Shown piece by piece: positions 11,724-24,860 of a stretch of 60,000 nt of DNA. The notes under the pieces were generated by a model. That model had not been told where the DNA came from. It saw only the letters and a program-made list of their open reading frames with translations, and did no database searches. This DNA comes from Lama glama (Eukaryota), in assembly GCA_028534125.1 (NCBI GenBank), contig CM052818.1, positions 33,048,001-33,108,000 of the forward strand, given 5' to 3'. Numbering within the stretch: position 1 is the first letter of the stretch; every line of letters begins with the position of its first letter. Made by a program: the position numbers and the translations under genes.

Positions 11724-14700
11724 TCCTCAGAAATGCTCAAGGATGAATCTCAGCGACATGATGTTGAAAGAAATAAGCAGCACAAAAGAGTGCATTTGGT
11801 ATGCTGTCATTTATGTGACGTACTGCAACAGGCAAAACTAATCCATGATGATAGAAATCAGAACATCCGTTGCCTCAGGGTCGGGGGTGGGGAGTGATAG
11901 AAAAGTCTTGCGGCTCTAATGGTGATTATAGTTAAGAATACTGGTTTTAAAAAGAGAGAAAAGAAACGGGAGTAAGGCAACTTTGTGAGGTGATGGAGAG
12001 ACGCTATATCTTGTTTGGAGACGTGGTTACACAGATGTACACTTCTGTCAAAACTCATCAGATTTTACACTCAAGATCTATGCATCTCACCGTATGCAGA
12101 GTATACCTCAATAAAAATAAAAATAAAACAAAAAACAAAGAAAACAGTTGCCAGAGGAGAGGGAGAAAAGGGGAGTTGGGTTTAATGGGTCTGGAGTTTC
12201 CGTTTGGCAAGATGAAAAATTCTGCGGATTGGTTGTACAACAGTGTGAACATATGAACACTACTGAACTGGCTGGGCACTTCAAAACGGTTAAGATGGTA
12301 AGTTCTATGTCATGTGTATTTTACCACAATTTTATAAAAACAAGTAAAATATGCTACCACAGACAGCCTAACAAACCTTCCTCATGAGGAGTCAAACACA
12401 AACAAGTTAATTTCCTAACATAACATTTATGTGGTCCTCAAAATAAAAGAGGCAAGGCCAATCAGTGGACGTGGAAGGTGCCGGTGGCAGTGGAGAAGTG
12501 AGTGCCAACGTGGACGGAGGGCCTCTCGGTAGGGCTGCCCTGCTCTCTGGCTGAGGAATGTGGTGGAACCTTTAAACTTCGGTATCTGACAACCTCTGCT
12601 CCCCAGAGGACAGAGAGGGATGGAGCTGGAAGGTTCGGGAGGCCTCTCCCAGGAACCCATTTTCTGAGAACTTGGCCTAGCCAGTCCCCTAGAGGTCTGT
12701 ATATACAAGGACAAGGCCCTGCCTCAGTTGCGCACAGCGGGGCTGAAGGAAGGAAGTAGGTGAGGAGAGCATGATGCACCCCTGCCCCGGGAGGCCTCAG
12801 CCCGCTAGCCTGGACTCTGCCCCGAACACCCTGTATGGCCTTTGCCAAGTCTGTCATCTGTCATCTGTGTTGGGGGACTCACTCAGGGCTTTCTACAGCA
12901 CTGGCTGGGACTCCCCTCTGTCTCAACCAGTCCAAGAGCCAGACAGGGGCAGGGTTGGGGGCTCAGGGGGCCAAGGACCACCGACACCCTCCCCCTGCAT
13001 GTGGCTGACTTCTAGGCCTGCTGCGTGGCTGTGTTGTGGGTGGTGTGGACGGTGGAATGGAGGTGGCAGCAGCTGTCAGGCCAAGGCGGGAGGAAGGCAA
13101 ACAGAAAGGGCATCATGGAGAAGCAGGGGATCATGAATCATGCGGTTCATTAACTCGGGCTAATTAAGAGACGAGCATGATGGCCACGGTGCTGGCAATT
13201 TCTTAAACACCCGGCTTTCACAGTCTCCATCAGCCCTGATGGCCAGGCCCTCCACACCCACATTGTGCTGAGTGCCCTGGAGGACATCAATTCTTTGGGG
13301 GCCCCTCCGGCCTTTGGAGAAAGGGAGAGAGAGCTGGCCTTTATTCAGCATCCCCTACAGTCAGGTCTATGTTAAAACTTTTCCTAATCATTTGGTCCCC
13401 ATAATACCCTGAGAGGTGGGGTTCATCATTTCTACTTTGTCACTGGGGAAATTGAGGCTCAGAATGGGGAGCAGACTTGCTCGAGTTCTCCTACTGAATT
13501 AGGCATAGCCCTTGTCCCCTTACCTGGCTCCCTTTATCACAACGTAGACCTGTCTCATCATAAGGCTGAAGACACTTCTAGGTTTTCTACTCTGACCCAC
13601 CCCACCCCCTTTATAGCTGTCTCCTGCCGCCCCCACAATTAAGCTCCAGATCCTTCCAACATCCCCTATCCCTTGCTGGAGACAGGAACTCCCTCCACTG
13701 AGACAGATTTTAAAAGCTGGGATGGGGAATGCTCCCCAGAAGAGGGAAGGTAGGGTTTTAATTTCTCTGAAATAAGTTGGAAACATGGAGGTAAGAGTAG
13801 CAATTAGAGTGTGTTGCAGAGGTGGATGGAAGAAAGTGTCTGGCACGTCCCAGGGCCTGAAGGAGCCGTTGCGCCTGGAGCACAGGGACTGAGGGGGCGT
13901 TGGGTGGGAGGCAGAGACGAGGTTTGCATTTTGTTTTTAATTCCACAGGTGTTCTCAGCAGAGGCGATGGTGTTCACCTGCTGCCCTGCGAAAACTGGAT
14001 GAGTGGTGTCAGGTGGGCGGCTTGACAGGGTCTGGGGATCAGAAGAGAGCTCTAGGCTTGAGCTGGACCAGAAGTCATGCTGACTGGATTCTCTGAAGGA
14101 TCGCTTGATCTCCTGGTCCCCTCAGAGCCTGCCACAGCACACTGCAAAGCTGTCTGATGACAGAAATGGTGATCAGCTGACTTTGAGCAGATGCCCTAGC
14201 TGTGGCCTGGGAGCTAATGATATTGGAAAGGGATTCTAGAGGAACAGCCTCTACTCTAGGCCCCACCCCACTGGGAGACTGGTGTCACCAGATTCTCACT
14301 GTGCGGCCAGACCCAGCAGCACCCAGAACACGTTGCTACCAATGCACTTTTCTTCTCAGGCCCATCTGCCCTTGTCTTCCCCACCGCTTTCCCATCAAGG
14401 CCTCTGATTCCACAGCCCAGTTTCTAAGCTGCAAACCTCCCAGCTGACAGCAGGACCCTGAACGCCAGAGTCCCAGTGCACACACACGCACTCGGGCACC
14501 GTTCTCGACAGGCCCCCTCCCACTACCCACCAGACTAACCTCTGCTCAAAGGCAGGCAATCGGCTTCTCGAAAACAGAGAAATGGTCCACTGAAGACACA
14601 GAAAGACACACAGCATCTTGGTCCACATGGCCGTTACTTGGAGGACTGGTTTGGTCTCAAACTCCATGAGCTGCTGGAGATCTTAGGTGATAGCCCTACA

Positions 14701-17700
14701 CATGAAAACCAGGCAGGCCCAGGAACCCACCCTCCTGCCAGCATGTTTCAACCCAGGAAAGGACAACAGGCAGCAAGCTGCAGTAATGTTTGCCGGCAGG
14801 CAGCAGAGGACCCATCCTCACAGAGGCTTGGAGGACGGCCACGGCGGGAGGCCCACCTGCCCACAATTGCCCAGTGATTGCAGAGGTCCCTTCCTATTGA
14901 AAATCACGGGGAAGGGCGTGGCTGAGGGAGACACGAACCCAGTTATGGTTTTGACGTTCCACCCTCTTTGCAGTTGGAAGCAATCTTACAAACTTGCAGC
15001 AGCTTTTCTAATATGATAGATTTGGGGGTTAAAAAGTGTTGGCATGATGTCTTTGAAATATTTAGAAACATTCTCCACCCCACCGCCAAAGTTGGGTATT
15101 TGTTTTTTAGAAATAAACACTTGGCAAGAAGACGGTGTGGCGCCCCCAGCACAGGTGACTGTTGTGCAAGCTGGCCCGCCCACCGGCCGTGGGTGGGGAC
15201 CTGCCCACAGCTGTCACCCGGCTCCTAACAACTCCTCCGGGCACACCCTGCTCGTTAGGCCTGGCCACGCCTGTCCGCCCAGACTCCTGGTTGAACCAGA
15301 ATGCCAGGAGCGGGCGGCGGCTCCTTGAACCCTGAACAATGGGCTGTGAGGAGTTAATCCGGGCCCAGGGCCTGGCGGGGGTGTGGGGGGAGCAGAGAGC
15401 CAGGGGCTGGGCACTCGGCGCTCCCTCAGCCAGGACTAGGATGGGCCTGTGGGGCCTGCCCACTGGCCAGGCTCCCGTGTCTCAGGGGCCAGGGAGCAGC
15501 AGGGCCCCCAGAGGGAGCCAGGCAGAGCTCTAGGCAGTAAACATAGATGTGTGCTTAGAGGCGGCCTCCCCCGGGGAGGACTGGGGTGTGCAGACATTAT
15601 CTCACCCCTGCTCAGTGTCCCCTCAGGCAGGTAAGGGATGGGACTTGTCCCTGCTTTATAGCTGGGGAGCCCGAGCAGAGCAGATGGGTACCTGCCCTGT
15701 ATCTGGCCCTGCTGGCCTGAGCTGCTGCCCCCTGGGATGGGCGCTCCCACTTTGGGGTGGGGATGTGCCCCAAAAAGCTGCTCCTCAGACCCACCTCACC
15801 CCTCCCCAAGATATCCAGACCTCACTTTCCTCCTCACCAGGGTCCCCCCTTATTTGCAGTGTGTGGCATGAGGAAGGACGGGGCTGCCCAGCCCAGCCCC
15901 GCCTGGGAAGTACATCTCACCAGTGCTTCTGCCAACTCAGGATAAACCGGATTGGGGTTCGGCGGGTGGCGACATGCTGCTATTTGTGGAGGCTCCTGGC
16001 TTTTCTGCTGCTGTGACTTCAGGAGGGTGAGGGCGGCAGCCATCCCTACCCAGTCATGGGCCCGGGCCTGCTAGAAGCAGGGATGGAGACCTGGGCTTCA
16101 GGCTGTAGGCACAGAGTCTGCAGAGAGCCAAGGAAGCGGCCAGAAAGAGCCCTGGCCTGGGACACAGGAGTCCCCAACACAGCAAACCAGCTCCCCGCTA
16201 GGCAGTTGAGGCAGCCTGCCCCTCAGGGGCCTCGTCTGTCCAGCGAGGATGGATTAGATGATACACTTCATACTCCTCCACTGTCATCAGGCTGTGCCCC
16301 GACTCCCAGCCACTCCATTGCTTCTCTCATGAGCCCATTCTATTGGGGAATTAGAGCTAACTTCTGTCTAAATGAACGGCTGTGCACATGCGGCTCTGGG
16401 CAGGCAGCCCTGGGGTCTCCTGAGAGGTGAGGAGAAACAGCTAGAAGCCAGGGGGCCCTGCTTTGTACCTCCCACCTGGCCCCCACCTCAAACCCCGACT
16501 GCGTGACGCTCACCTGCTCTCTCCAGGTCTCCAAAGCAGGGCTGAGGCACTTGGGCTGGAGTCTGCTCCTTCTGACATGGGCACAGGGGCCCTGCAGGGT
16601 CATGCAGGATGGGGGGCTGTGAGCCCCACAGTGGGGAGCCCCTGAGGGGCCGAGGACCATCCACAGGGCTTGAGGAGGAGTCCAAAGTCCTCTTAAAACC
16701 AACTCTGCTCCAGACACTCCCCACCTAAGGAGGCCCAGACCAAAGAAGCTCTGAGCCCTGCAAGCCCTTTGCCCATCACTGAAGTTGGTTACTCATTTGT
16801 AGAGTGTGTTTTGGTTGACAAAGCATTTTCCCATACGTGGTGTCATTTGATCCTCATAACAAGACAACAAGATACTTGCCCATTTTATAGAGGAGAAAAG
16901 TAAAGCCCAGAGTTTAAGCAAATTGCTTAAAGGATCCCAACCAGGAAGTGGTAAAGCGAGGACATGGAGCCAGGGGGTCAAATTCCAAGGACACTGCTCT
17001 CTATAGGATGTCGTGTCCCTTTCTCCAGGTTCTAGGGAACCCAAAGTGCTCCCCCAGGACACAGACAGTGGAATGAGGCCTTCCCAGCCAGCAAGGCTGT
17101 GTGTCTGCCATCCGAAGGGCCTAGAGACCCACCACACCGTTGCCCTGGGCCCATGTGCATGTCCATAGAGAAGTCAGGAAAGCAGAGCCATTCTGTAGCA
17201 GGCCTGAGATTCAAGGCAAAGCTTCCACAAGAATTGACAGGGCTGGATTTCTTTCCTTCTGCTAAACCCCATGATATTTCCTTCTAGAGGAAGAAACCCA
17301 TTCACTGCGTTCAAATCTCTGAAGAGCCGTGAGGAACTGGGAAGTGCCATCTTCTGCTGCGATAGTGGAGGGAGAAGCAGTAAGCAGACGGGACACAGTG
17401 TAGGGAAGGGCCAGTGTAAGGGTGAACTCTCCGGCCGAGCGAGCTGCCTGGGGATGTTACCAGCTGCACTGTTAGGAGGTAAGTTCCCCATCGCTGCGGG
17501 AGTTCAAGCAAAAACAGGGTAACCATTCCGCCCTGGGAATGTTATACAGGAAAGTCAACCCCTGGACTGCTGACTGGGAAGAATGGGGCTACATGATATT
17601 CACACTGCTTCATACCAAGAGCCTCTATTGAAATGAGGACTATCCCAGCTTCTAGTTGGACCTCGGGTTCCCCTCTGTGAATGCCATACTGAATCAAGAT

Positions 17701-17712
17701 AGACTTGTTGCT

Positions 17713-18402
17713 TATGGAGGACAGTATGGAGGTTCCTGAAAAAATTAAAAACAGACTTGCCCTATGATCCAGCAATCCCACTCCTGGGCATATATCTGGA
17801 AAAAACTACAATTCGAAAAGACACATGCACCCCAATGTTTATAGCAGCACTATTTACAATAGCTAAGACATGAAAACAAATGTCCATTGACAGATGACTG
17901 GATAAAGAAGATGTGGTGTGTATGTGTGTGTATATATTCCACACGATGGAATACTACTCAGCCATAAAAAAGAACGAAATAATGCCATTTGCAGAAACAT
18001 AGATGGACCTAGAGATGATCACATTAAGTGAAGTGAATCAGAGAAAGACAAATATCATATGATATCACTTATATGTGGAATCTAAAAAAAATGACACAAA
18101 TTTTATTTACAAACCAAAAATAGACTCACAGACATAGAAAGTAAACTATGGGTACCAAAGGGGAAAGGGTAGGGGAGGGATAAATTAGGAGTTTGGGATT
18201 AACAGATACACATTACTATGTGCAAAATAGATTGCAACAAGAATCTGTTGTATAACACAGGGAATTATATTCAATTTCTTGTAATAACATATAATGGAAA
18301 AGAATCTGAAAAAAATATATTTATGTATATGTATAACTGAATCGCATTGCTATACACCTGAAACTAACATTGTAAATCAACTATACTTCAATTAAAAAAA
18401 AA
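17713..18402 (+). mobile_element. 5'-truncated cetartiodactyl-type L1 with poly(A) tail and 12-bp TSD
   Basis: tatgatccagcaatcccactcctggg, atggaatactactcagccataaaaaaga; TSD agacttgttgct (17701-17712) / agaattgttgct (18403-18414). Confidence 0.9.
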
Positions 18403-20207
18403 AGAATTGTTGCTGAGTGTCTCTACCTCCTGCTGTTACAGACTGGGGTGGAGGGGAGAGAAGGAGTCAAGAAGCAGGGATGGTGGGCCCAGACCACAGC
18501 GAGCTGGGAGTCTTACGTGGAAAGGGTCTCTGGAGTGCTATGCCCTGAGGGCTGAGTGCTTTGAGCCCATCATTATCTGGCCTCCCTAAGAGGTCACTGG
18601 GGCATTCCCATTGATTTGGGTGACCAGCCAGAGACCGCCTGGGCCTCCTGGGCAGCTGTCTCCTTTGCCACAGTGACCAAAATGAGTCGTCAGGACGGGT
18701 CAAGGCAAGCCCTGCCTCAGCCATGGGTGTGGGCCAGCCACCTGTGTCCAGGAGACAGCTGGCCGAGTCACTGGCCATCTCTCCTTTGCAACTGACCTGG
18801 ATCTTTCATATTGAAGAGCAGCTGTCTTGGGACATCTGAGTACCTGAAATCTGGAATCTAGAGATACAGATGGAAAGATTTGACACCAGCACCCCAGCAC
18901 TGTCCATAGGACACCTCAAGCTACAAAATTGTCTGCCACAGTTCCCTGAGGGTTAAGAGGAACCAGACTGTCCTCCTCAAAAAGTCTCCTAGGAGTGTGC
19001 TCAGTGTGTGAATAGAAGGTGACACCTTTCCTCACCCCCCACCCCTCCTGGCCACCCACCTCCTGCTTGGTTTTCATTTTTCCCCTGGAGGCATTCCCTG
19101 CCAACCTGAGGAGGTGAGGGGCACCAGCAGACTTCAGGCTTGGCCCAGCCTGGCCTGTGTCCTTCTAGAAGTCCTGGGAGCTACTCCCACTCATTCCTTC
19201 AATCAGTCAATGTTTACTGAGCACCTGTGCACCTGCAAACCAAAAAGAGCAGAAAAACGAGCAAAGGATATGAACAGACGATTCCTAGACTGGGCCTTGC
19301 TAATTGTTTTCTGGGACTTACCCTCTTTGTGTATTGTTTTAACTTTTTTTACAGTATGCACATATTCACAGATTCCTTGTGTACTTTAAAATTGTTTAAG
19401 TAATCCAAGGGGAAAAAGAAGAGATGTGTAGCCATCCTTGGGGAGCTCAGTCTATGGACAACAAATCCATAGTATCAAAGCCTCTCAGTGTGTAGTCTGA
19501 GAAGTGGTAGCTGGGGTGGGGGCCCCTTCCTGCCTGGGTGGCACTGGATGACATGTCTGCTGGGTTCTGAAGGATAAGAAAGAGCTTCGCAGGTAGAGAG
19601 GAGGCAGAAGAGTGTTGCCAATGACAACAGGCCTGGAGGTGCCCTTTATCAGGCAGCGTAGGTGACAGAGTGGTGACCTGAGGCAGACTGGGCTGCGTGG
19701 CTGTGGCCAGGCTTGTGGAGAGGTGATGGGCAAGAGGAAGGGAAACTCACACCTGTTGAGCCCCTACCTGCCAGGCCCCATGCTGAATGGAGGTGTAGGC
19801 ATATTCTCATTAATGTGAGTGAATTGAGGCTGTGTCTGATGAAAAGAGAGAGGGTCTGCCTAGACGAGAGGGCAGGAGAGAAGATGGCAGGGGCTTGGGG
19901 AAGGGCCTGCTCCTTTAGCAGCTGATGCAGACAGGGAGGGATGGTGAAGGGGACAGGGAGGGCAGAGCCGGAGGCAATGCCTTCCCTCTGCCCCCACTTC
20001 CAGGCCTCCCATGGCTCAGCCCCAAGCAGGTGGAAATCACAGGACTAGCTCTCGGGGAGCCTCTTCTGGGGCTGAGGGAGCTTCCAGGCCTGACCTTAGA
20101 CCTGCTGCATCGGAGCTGACTGCCAGGTCTCCACGTGGTATGCGAGGCAGCTGACCACAGACCCGGCCAGATCATGTTGGCAGCAAGGTGACTGTGTGAA
20201 ACCACTT

Positions 20208-20536
20208 CTCTTAGTCCATTGGAGCTGCTGTAACAAAATACCACTGTTTGGGTGGCTTATGAACAACAGGATCGATTTCTCACAGTGCTGCAGGCTGGAA
20301 GCCCAGGGGCTGGGTAGCGGCCTGGTCAGGTGAGGGCCCTCCCTGGGCTGTAGGCAGCTGACTTCTTGCTGTGTCTTCCCATGGTGGAGGCGTGTCTCTG
20401 GGGCCACTTTTATAAGGGCACTCATCCCATTCGTGACCTAATCACCTCCCAAAGGCTCCACTTCCTAAAACCTTCACCTTGGGGGTTAGGCTTCCACTTA
20501 TGAATCTGGGGGGACACAAACACTCAGAGCATAGCA
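20208..20536 (-). mobile_element. MLT1A-like solo LTR
   Basis: tcttagtccatt..gctgctgtaacaaaatacc ... ttttataagggcact ... gacctaatcacctcccaaaggc ... ggggggacacaaacactcag. Confidence 0.85.
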
Positions 20537-22079
20537 CCCTTGGAGGGTTCCCAAGCTGGAGTGAGGCTGGGCCGGGTGGAGAAAGCAGGTAGAGGGACTT
20601 TAACCTGTGGCCAGCCGCCCTGTGTGCATGTCCTGACTCGCAGAAAGAACACAGCTGTGCCTTGAAAATGTAACTACAGACATCACAGAAGTCACCCATC
20701 AGTGGCAGAAGGGAGAGGTGATGGGATGGGTGGGATTAAATTAGTGGGTGGCCAGCTCTGGCGTTCCAATGGCCTAAATGATCGTCTCAAATCTCTGCCT
20801 GTTTCAAGCTGTGTGGCATTGGACATGTTACTTAGCCTCTCTGGATCTAAAGTGGGGGTAATGATAGTGTCTGTTTCATAGGTTACTTGTTAAGTGCTTG
20901 GAACAGCTGGAGCCCAGCTGAACTGCTAGTGGTCATTCCTGTGGACTGTCCAGGGATCTCCCAGCTGGGCATGGCGGGCGAGGACCCCTCAGGGTCTCCA
21001 CAGTGCCATATCCCTACCCTCATCCAGTCACGGCTCACACCTGCTCCTCAGGCCCATGGGATGGCCCCGGGCAGCAGGGCCTATGGACCAGGGAAGGAGG
21101 AGTGATAGCTTATGGGGCAGAGGTTATGGGGTGGGGGCTCTGAAATGGCGAGAGGAGGGGACAGGAGGAAACAGGCTCCACCTCCCAGTCAGGTGGTAAT
21201 GAGGAAGGGAGGCTGCATAACCACAAATCATTACGCAGGGCTTACCAGATTTGAGTCACCCTCACACCATCCACCCAATAACCCTAAGGGGTGATCCTCA
21301 TTTTGCAGATGAGAGAAAATGGAAGTTCCGGGAGGTTAGTAACTCCTCCAAGTCACTTGGCTAACGAGCGACACTGTGGAGATTTAAAGCCTTCAATGGC
21401 TGCTAACTCTGTGCTAAATCCCTCAGGGTCAGCTCTGCGCTCCATTCTGAGCGTGAAAAAGTGGGAGGGCCCGCCCAGGATCCTTTGCATTCCACCTCAC
21501 TGCTGTTTGAGGGCGGGGTCCTGGGCCTGGTGTGCAGGAAGGGGGCAGGGAAGGCTCCAGCCACCACCAGGACCCCCGAGAACCCACAGAGAGGAGGGGA
21601 GAGCCCTGGCACTTCCACAACCCACACACCGCTCCTGTCCTCCCAGGCCTGAGAGAGGTGACTGCCCCTGCTTTAACCTGAACTCTTCTTTCCAAGAGCT
21701 TATTACACATACCATTTACATAGCATCTTCCTAATCTTCCACTTATACAAATAATAACTAACTTCTCTGAAAACCTCTACACAGGACCTTTCCACCCGGG
21801 GTTCATTTAGCACCTCATAACCACCCAGGCAGTGATATTATCCTTCTCACCTGAATGGTCAACTGAGGCAGAATGGTGGCCAAGGACAGGTGCTGCAGTC
21901 GCTTATGGCTCTTCGATGACCAGCAGGGCAACCTTGGACAAGTCACCCCTCTGTCAGAGATTGACCATCCTCATCTAATGATTATGAAGGGGATGGTGTG
22001 AGGACTAAAGGCCGAGTGGGGGTGCAGGGCTCTGCTGGTGCAGAGTAAACACTCAACAGTTATAGCCTTTTTTTTTTTT

Positions 22080-22885
22080 CAGACAGGTCCCATTTTAAAA
22101 AATAGACTATTTTATGAGTAGTTTTAGGTTTCCAGCAAAACTGAGATGCAAGTAGGGAGAGTTCCCATATACTTCATGGCCCCTGACAGGCACAGCCTCC
22201 CTGACCATCAACATCCCCCACCAGAGTGGTACACCTGTAACAGTCCATGAACCCACACGGACACATCATGGTCACCTGGAGTCCACAGTTTACATTAGGT
22301 TCTCACTCAGTGTCGTACATTCTACGGACAAATGTATAATGCCAGGCACCCAGCATTGCAGTATCACACAGAATAGTTTCACTGCCCTAGAAATCTTCTG
22401 TGCTCTGCCTATTCACCCCTCCCTCTCCCAGAATCCTTGGCAACCACTGATCTTTTTACTGCCTCCAGTCTTGCTTTTTCTAGGATGTCGTATAGTTGGA
22501 ATCACACAGTATGTTGCCTTTACAGATTGGTCTCTCTCACTCAGCAACATGCTTTCAAGTTTCCCCCATGTCTTTTTGTGGCTTGATCGTTCATTTCTTT
22601 TTATCACTGAATAGTATTCCATTGTCTGGATATACCACAGTTTCTTTCTCCATCCACCTACTGAAGGACATCTTGGTTGCTTCCAAGTTTTGGCAAGTAT
22701 GAAGACAGCTGCCATATACCTCTATGTGCAGGGTTTTGTGTGGACGTAAGCCTTCAACTCTTTTGAGTAAATATCAAGGAGGGTGATTACTGGATTATAT
22801 GGTGAGAGTATGTTTAGTTTTGTAAGAAACTGCCCAACTGCATTCCAAAGTGACAGTACCATTTTTCATTCCCACCAGCAATCAC
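22080..22885 (-). mobile_element. L1MC/L1MD-like 3' fragment
   Basis: gtagttttaggttt, catcccccaccagagtggtac, gaatagtattccattgtctgga, cattcccaccagcaat. Confidence 0.85.
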
Positions 22886-23339
22886 TGTAGCTTTTATTTT
22901 TATTCAGAAATGAAAAGGGACTTCCTTAAGGTTACCCAGTCATTCACTGGCAGAGCAGGGACCCGAAGGCACCACCACTTTGGGTGGTTCCCTTTGACCA
23001 CACTGCCCCTCAGCTAGACAAGCCAATCACATGCCTTCACAAACACACTCACACTTACTCACCATTGCTTTTGAGATCTAACTCTTGGTGCAGATGTGTC
23101 CCGAGGCTTTCCTTGCTGTCCCATCCAGAGAAGCTTGCCATCTAGCCCCCGCATCTGAGAAGCTTGCAATGATCTTGCCCCTAGAGGCCAGTGTCCAGGT
23201 GTTCCAAGCTTACCTGTACCTGGATAAGAACCAGGTGGCCTGGGAGGCTTTTTCCTGTCAAAGCAGCCCCAGCCAGAAAGAAATAGCCCCACAGTCTTCC
23301 CTGACTGTCCAGCTCCAAGCCCTTCCTTCCTCCCTTCCC

Positions 23340-23610
23340 AAGGAGAAATTCACATAACAAAATTAACCATTTTAAAAATGTACAATTCAGTGGCATTCGT
23401 GACACTTCATGATGGTGTTCAGCCACCACCTCTACCTAGCTCTGAAACAGTTTCATGACCCCAAAAGAAAACCTCCTACCCACTGATCTAACACCTCCCC
23501 ATCCTCCCTCCCCCCAGCCCCTGACAACCACTAACCCGCATTCAGTCTCTTTGGGTGCATCGATTCCGGTAACAGGATAAACCATACAAATGTGATCTTC
23601 TGCATTTGGT
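23340..23610 (-). mobile_element. L1MB-like 3' end
   Basis: aaattcacataacaaaattaaccattttaaa..tacaattcagtggcatt ... cccccagcccctgacaaccactaa. Confidence 0.8.
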
Positions 23611-24379
23611 CCCAAGCACCTTCCCCAGGCCACGCTTTCTGAAAACTCCCTGAGGAAGGAGGGGAGCAGGGGCCACTTCTATTTCCTTCGCTTCTGTCCC
23701 TGCCCCTGGTCCACCTTGCCCTTGCCCCCTGCCCACAGTGTCTGGAGCCCAGCTCATCCATCCCATGCCACTTCCTATCTCTGTTAACTACCCCGAGCGG
23801 AGGACTTTGATGCTTCAGAGATTCATTCAACAAATAGCTCTTGAGCTAGCAGGGGGGTTAGGTAAACAGTTGTGGCAACAGTGTGAGGAGGCACTGATTG
23901 GGGGTTTTCAGAGAGCTGGAGAATCCAAAAGAGAGACACATAGGGATGAGGGTTGGGGGGGGAAGGTAACACAGAGACTGGAGGCCCGGTCTGTCTAGTT
24001 CAGGCCATTTCCTCGGCACTTAGCACAGTTCCTGGCACCTAGAACAGGACGAATGAGAAGTCCATCCACCAATCAAGGCAGCTCTCAGCTAAGAGCTGAA
24101 GGATGAATGAGAGTTGTTTATACTGGAACTGGGCATAACTTACCTGAAGACCTGTAGGCAAGCATCAGAGGTCAGCCCCTATAATACCTGAAAGATGTTT
24201 CAGTCTAGATGAACATTGAAGGTGGGGATGGTTGGGCACAAGTGGGATGAGGTGGGGCCAAATCATGCAGCTCTTTGGAAGATACGAAAAGGAGCCTGAC
24301 TTTAACCTGAGTGAAAGAGGAAGGGCTTCAGGCAGATCTGCATTTTTAGAATCTCATCAGTCTAATCTAGGTTAGGGGT

Positions 24380-24860
24380 TATGATGACCTCAGGATGTGC
24401 CAGGCGGACAGAACAGATGTCATTCTTGCCCTCCTGTGGCTGACGTTCCAGTAGGAAACAGAGACACTGAATATATGGTTCAAAATAATTAACAGTCCCA
24501 AAGGTGCAAGGTGCTCTGATGGATATGTCAGGGAGCTCCTTCCCGAGACAGTGACCTTTAAATCGAAACCTGAGGAATGAACAGAAGGTGGTCAGTTAGA
24601 GAGAGAGGCAAAGAGCTTTCCAGACTCCACTAAAGCTGTTAGGAAGGTCCTGAGCAAAATGTGTTGAAGGAACTGAGAAAAGTCCAGTGTGGTGGTTGTG
24701 AAAATGTGAGGCGGGGAGTTTGACCAGATGAGGCTGGGGAGGTAAGCAGGAAGCAGACCCCAGAGAACCCTCTTACACATTTTGGACTTACCCTCAGCAA
24801 AATGGACTTACCCTCAGCAAAATAGGAAGTCTTCACTGATGTAAGCAGAATCCTATTTTG
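24380..24860 (-). mobile_element. L2 LINE fragment
   Basis: cttgccctcctgtggctgacgttccagtagg, gtgacctttaaatcgaaacctga, gaaggaactgagaaaagtccagtgtgg; highly decayed. Confidence 0.6.

Larger units (their letters stand above)
10075..12345 (+). mobile_element. Old L1M composite (decayed ORF2 end + 3' UTR pieces) hosting nested insertions
   Basis: ccttacctcacatcat, atggattgtagacctaaa, atgcaaattaaaaccac, caacctaaatgtccatc L1 motifs; separate L1MB-like 3' end at 12145-12340. Confidence 0.8.

Noticed and set aside
17762..17944. ORFs within L1 copies (also 22339-22715, 11990-12279)
   Set aside because: Fragments or antisense readings of decayed LINE-1 sequence; no intact ORF1/ORF2
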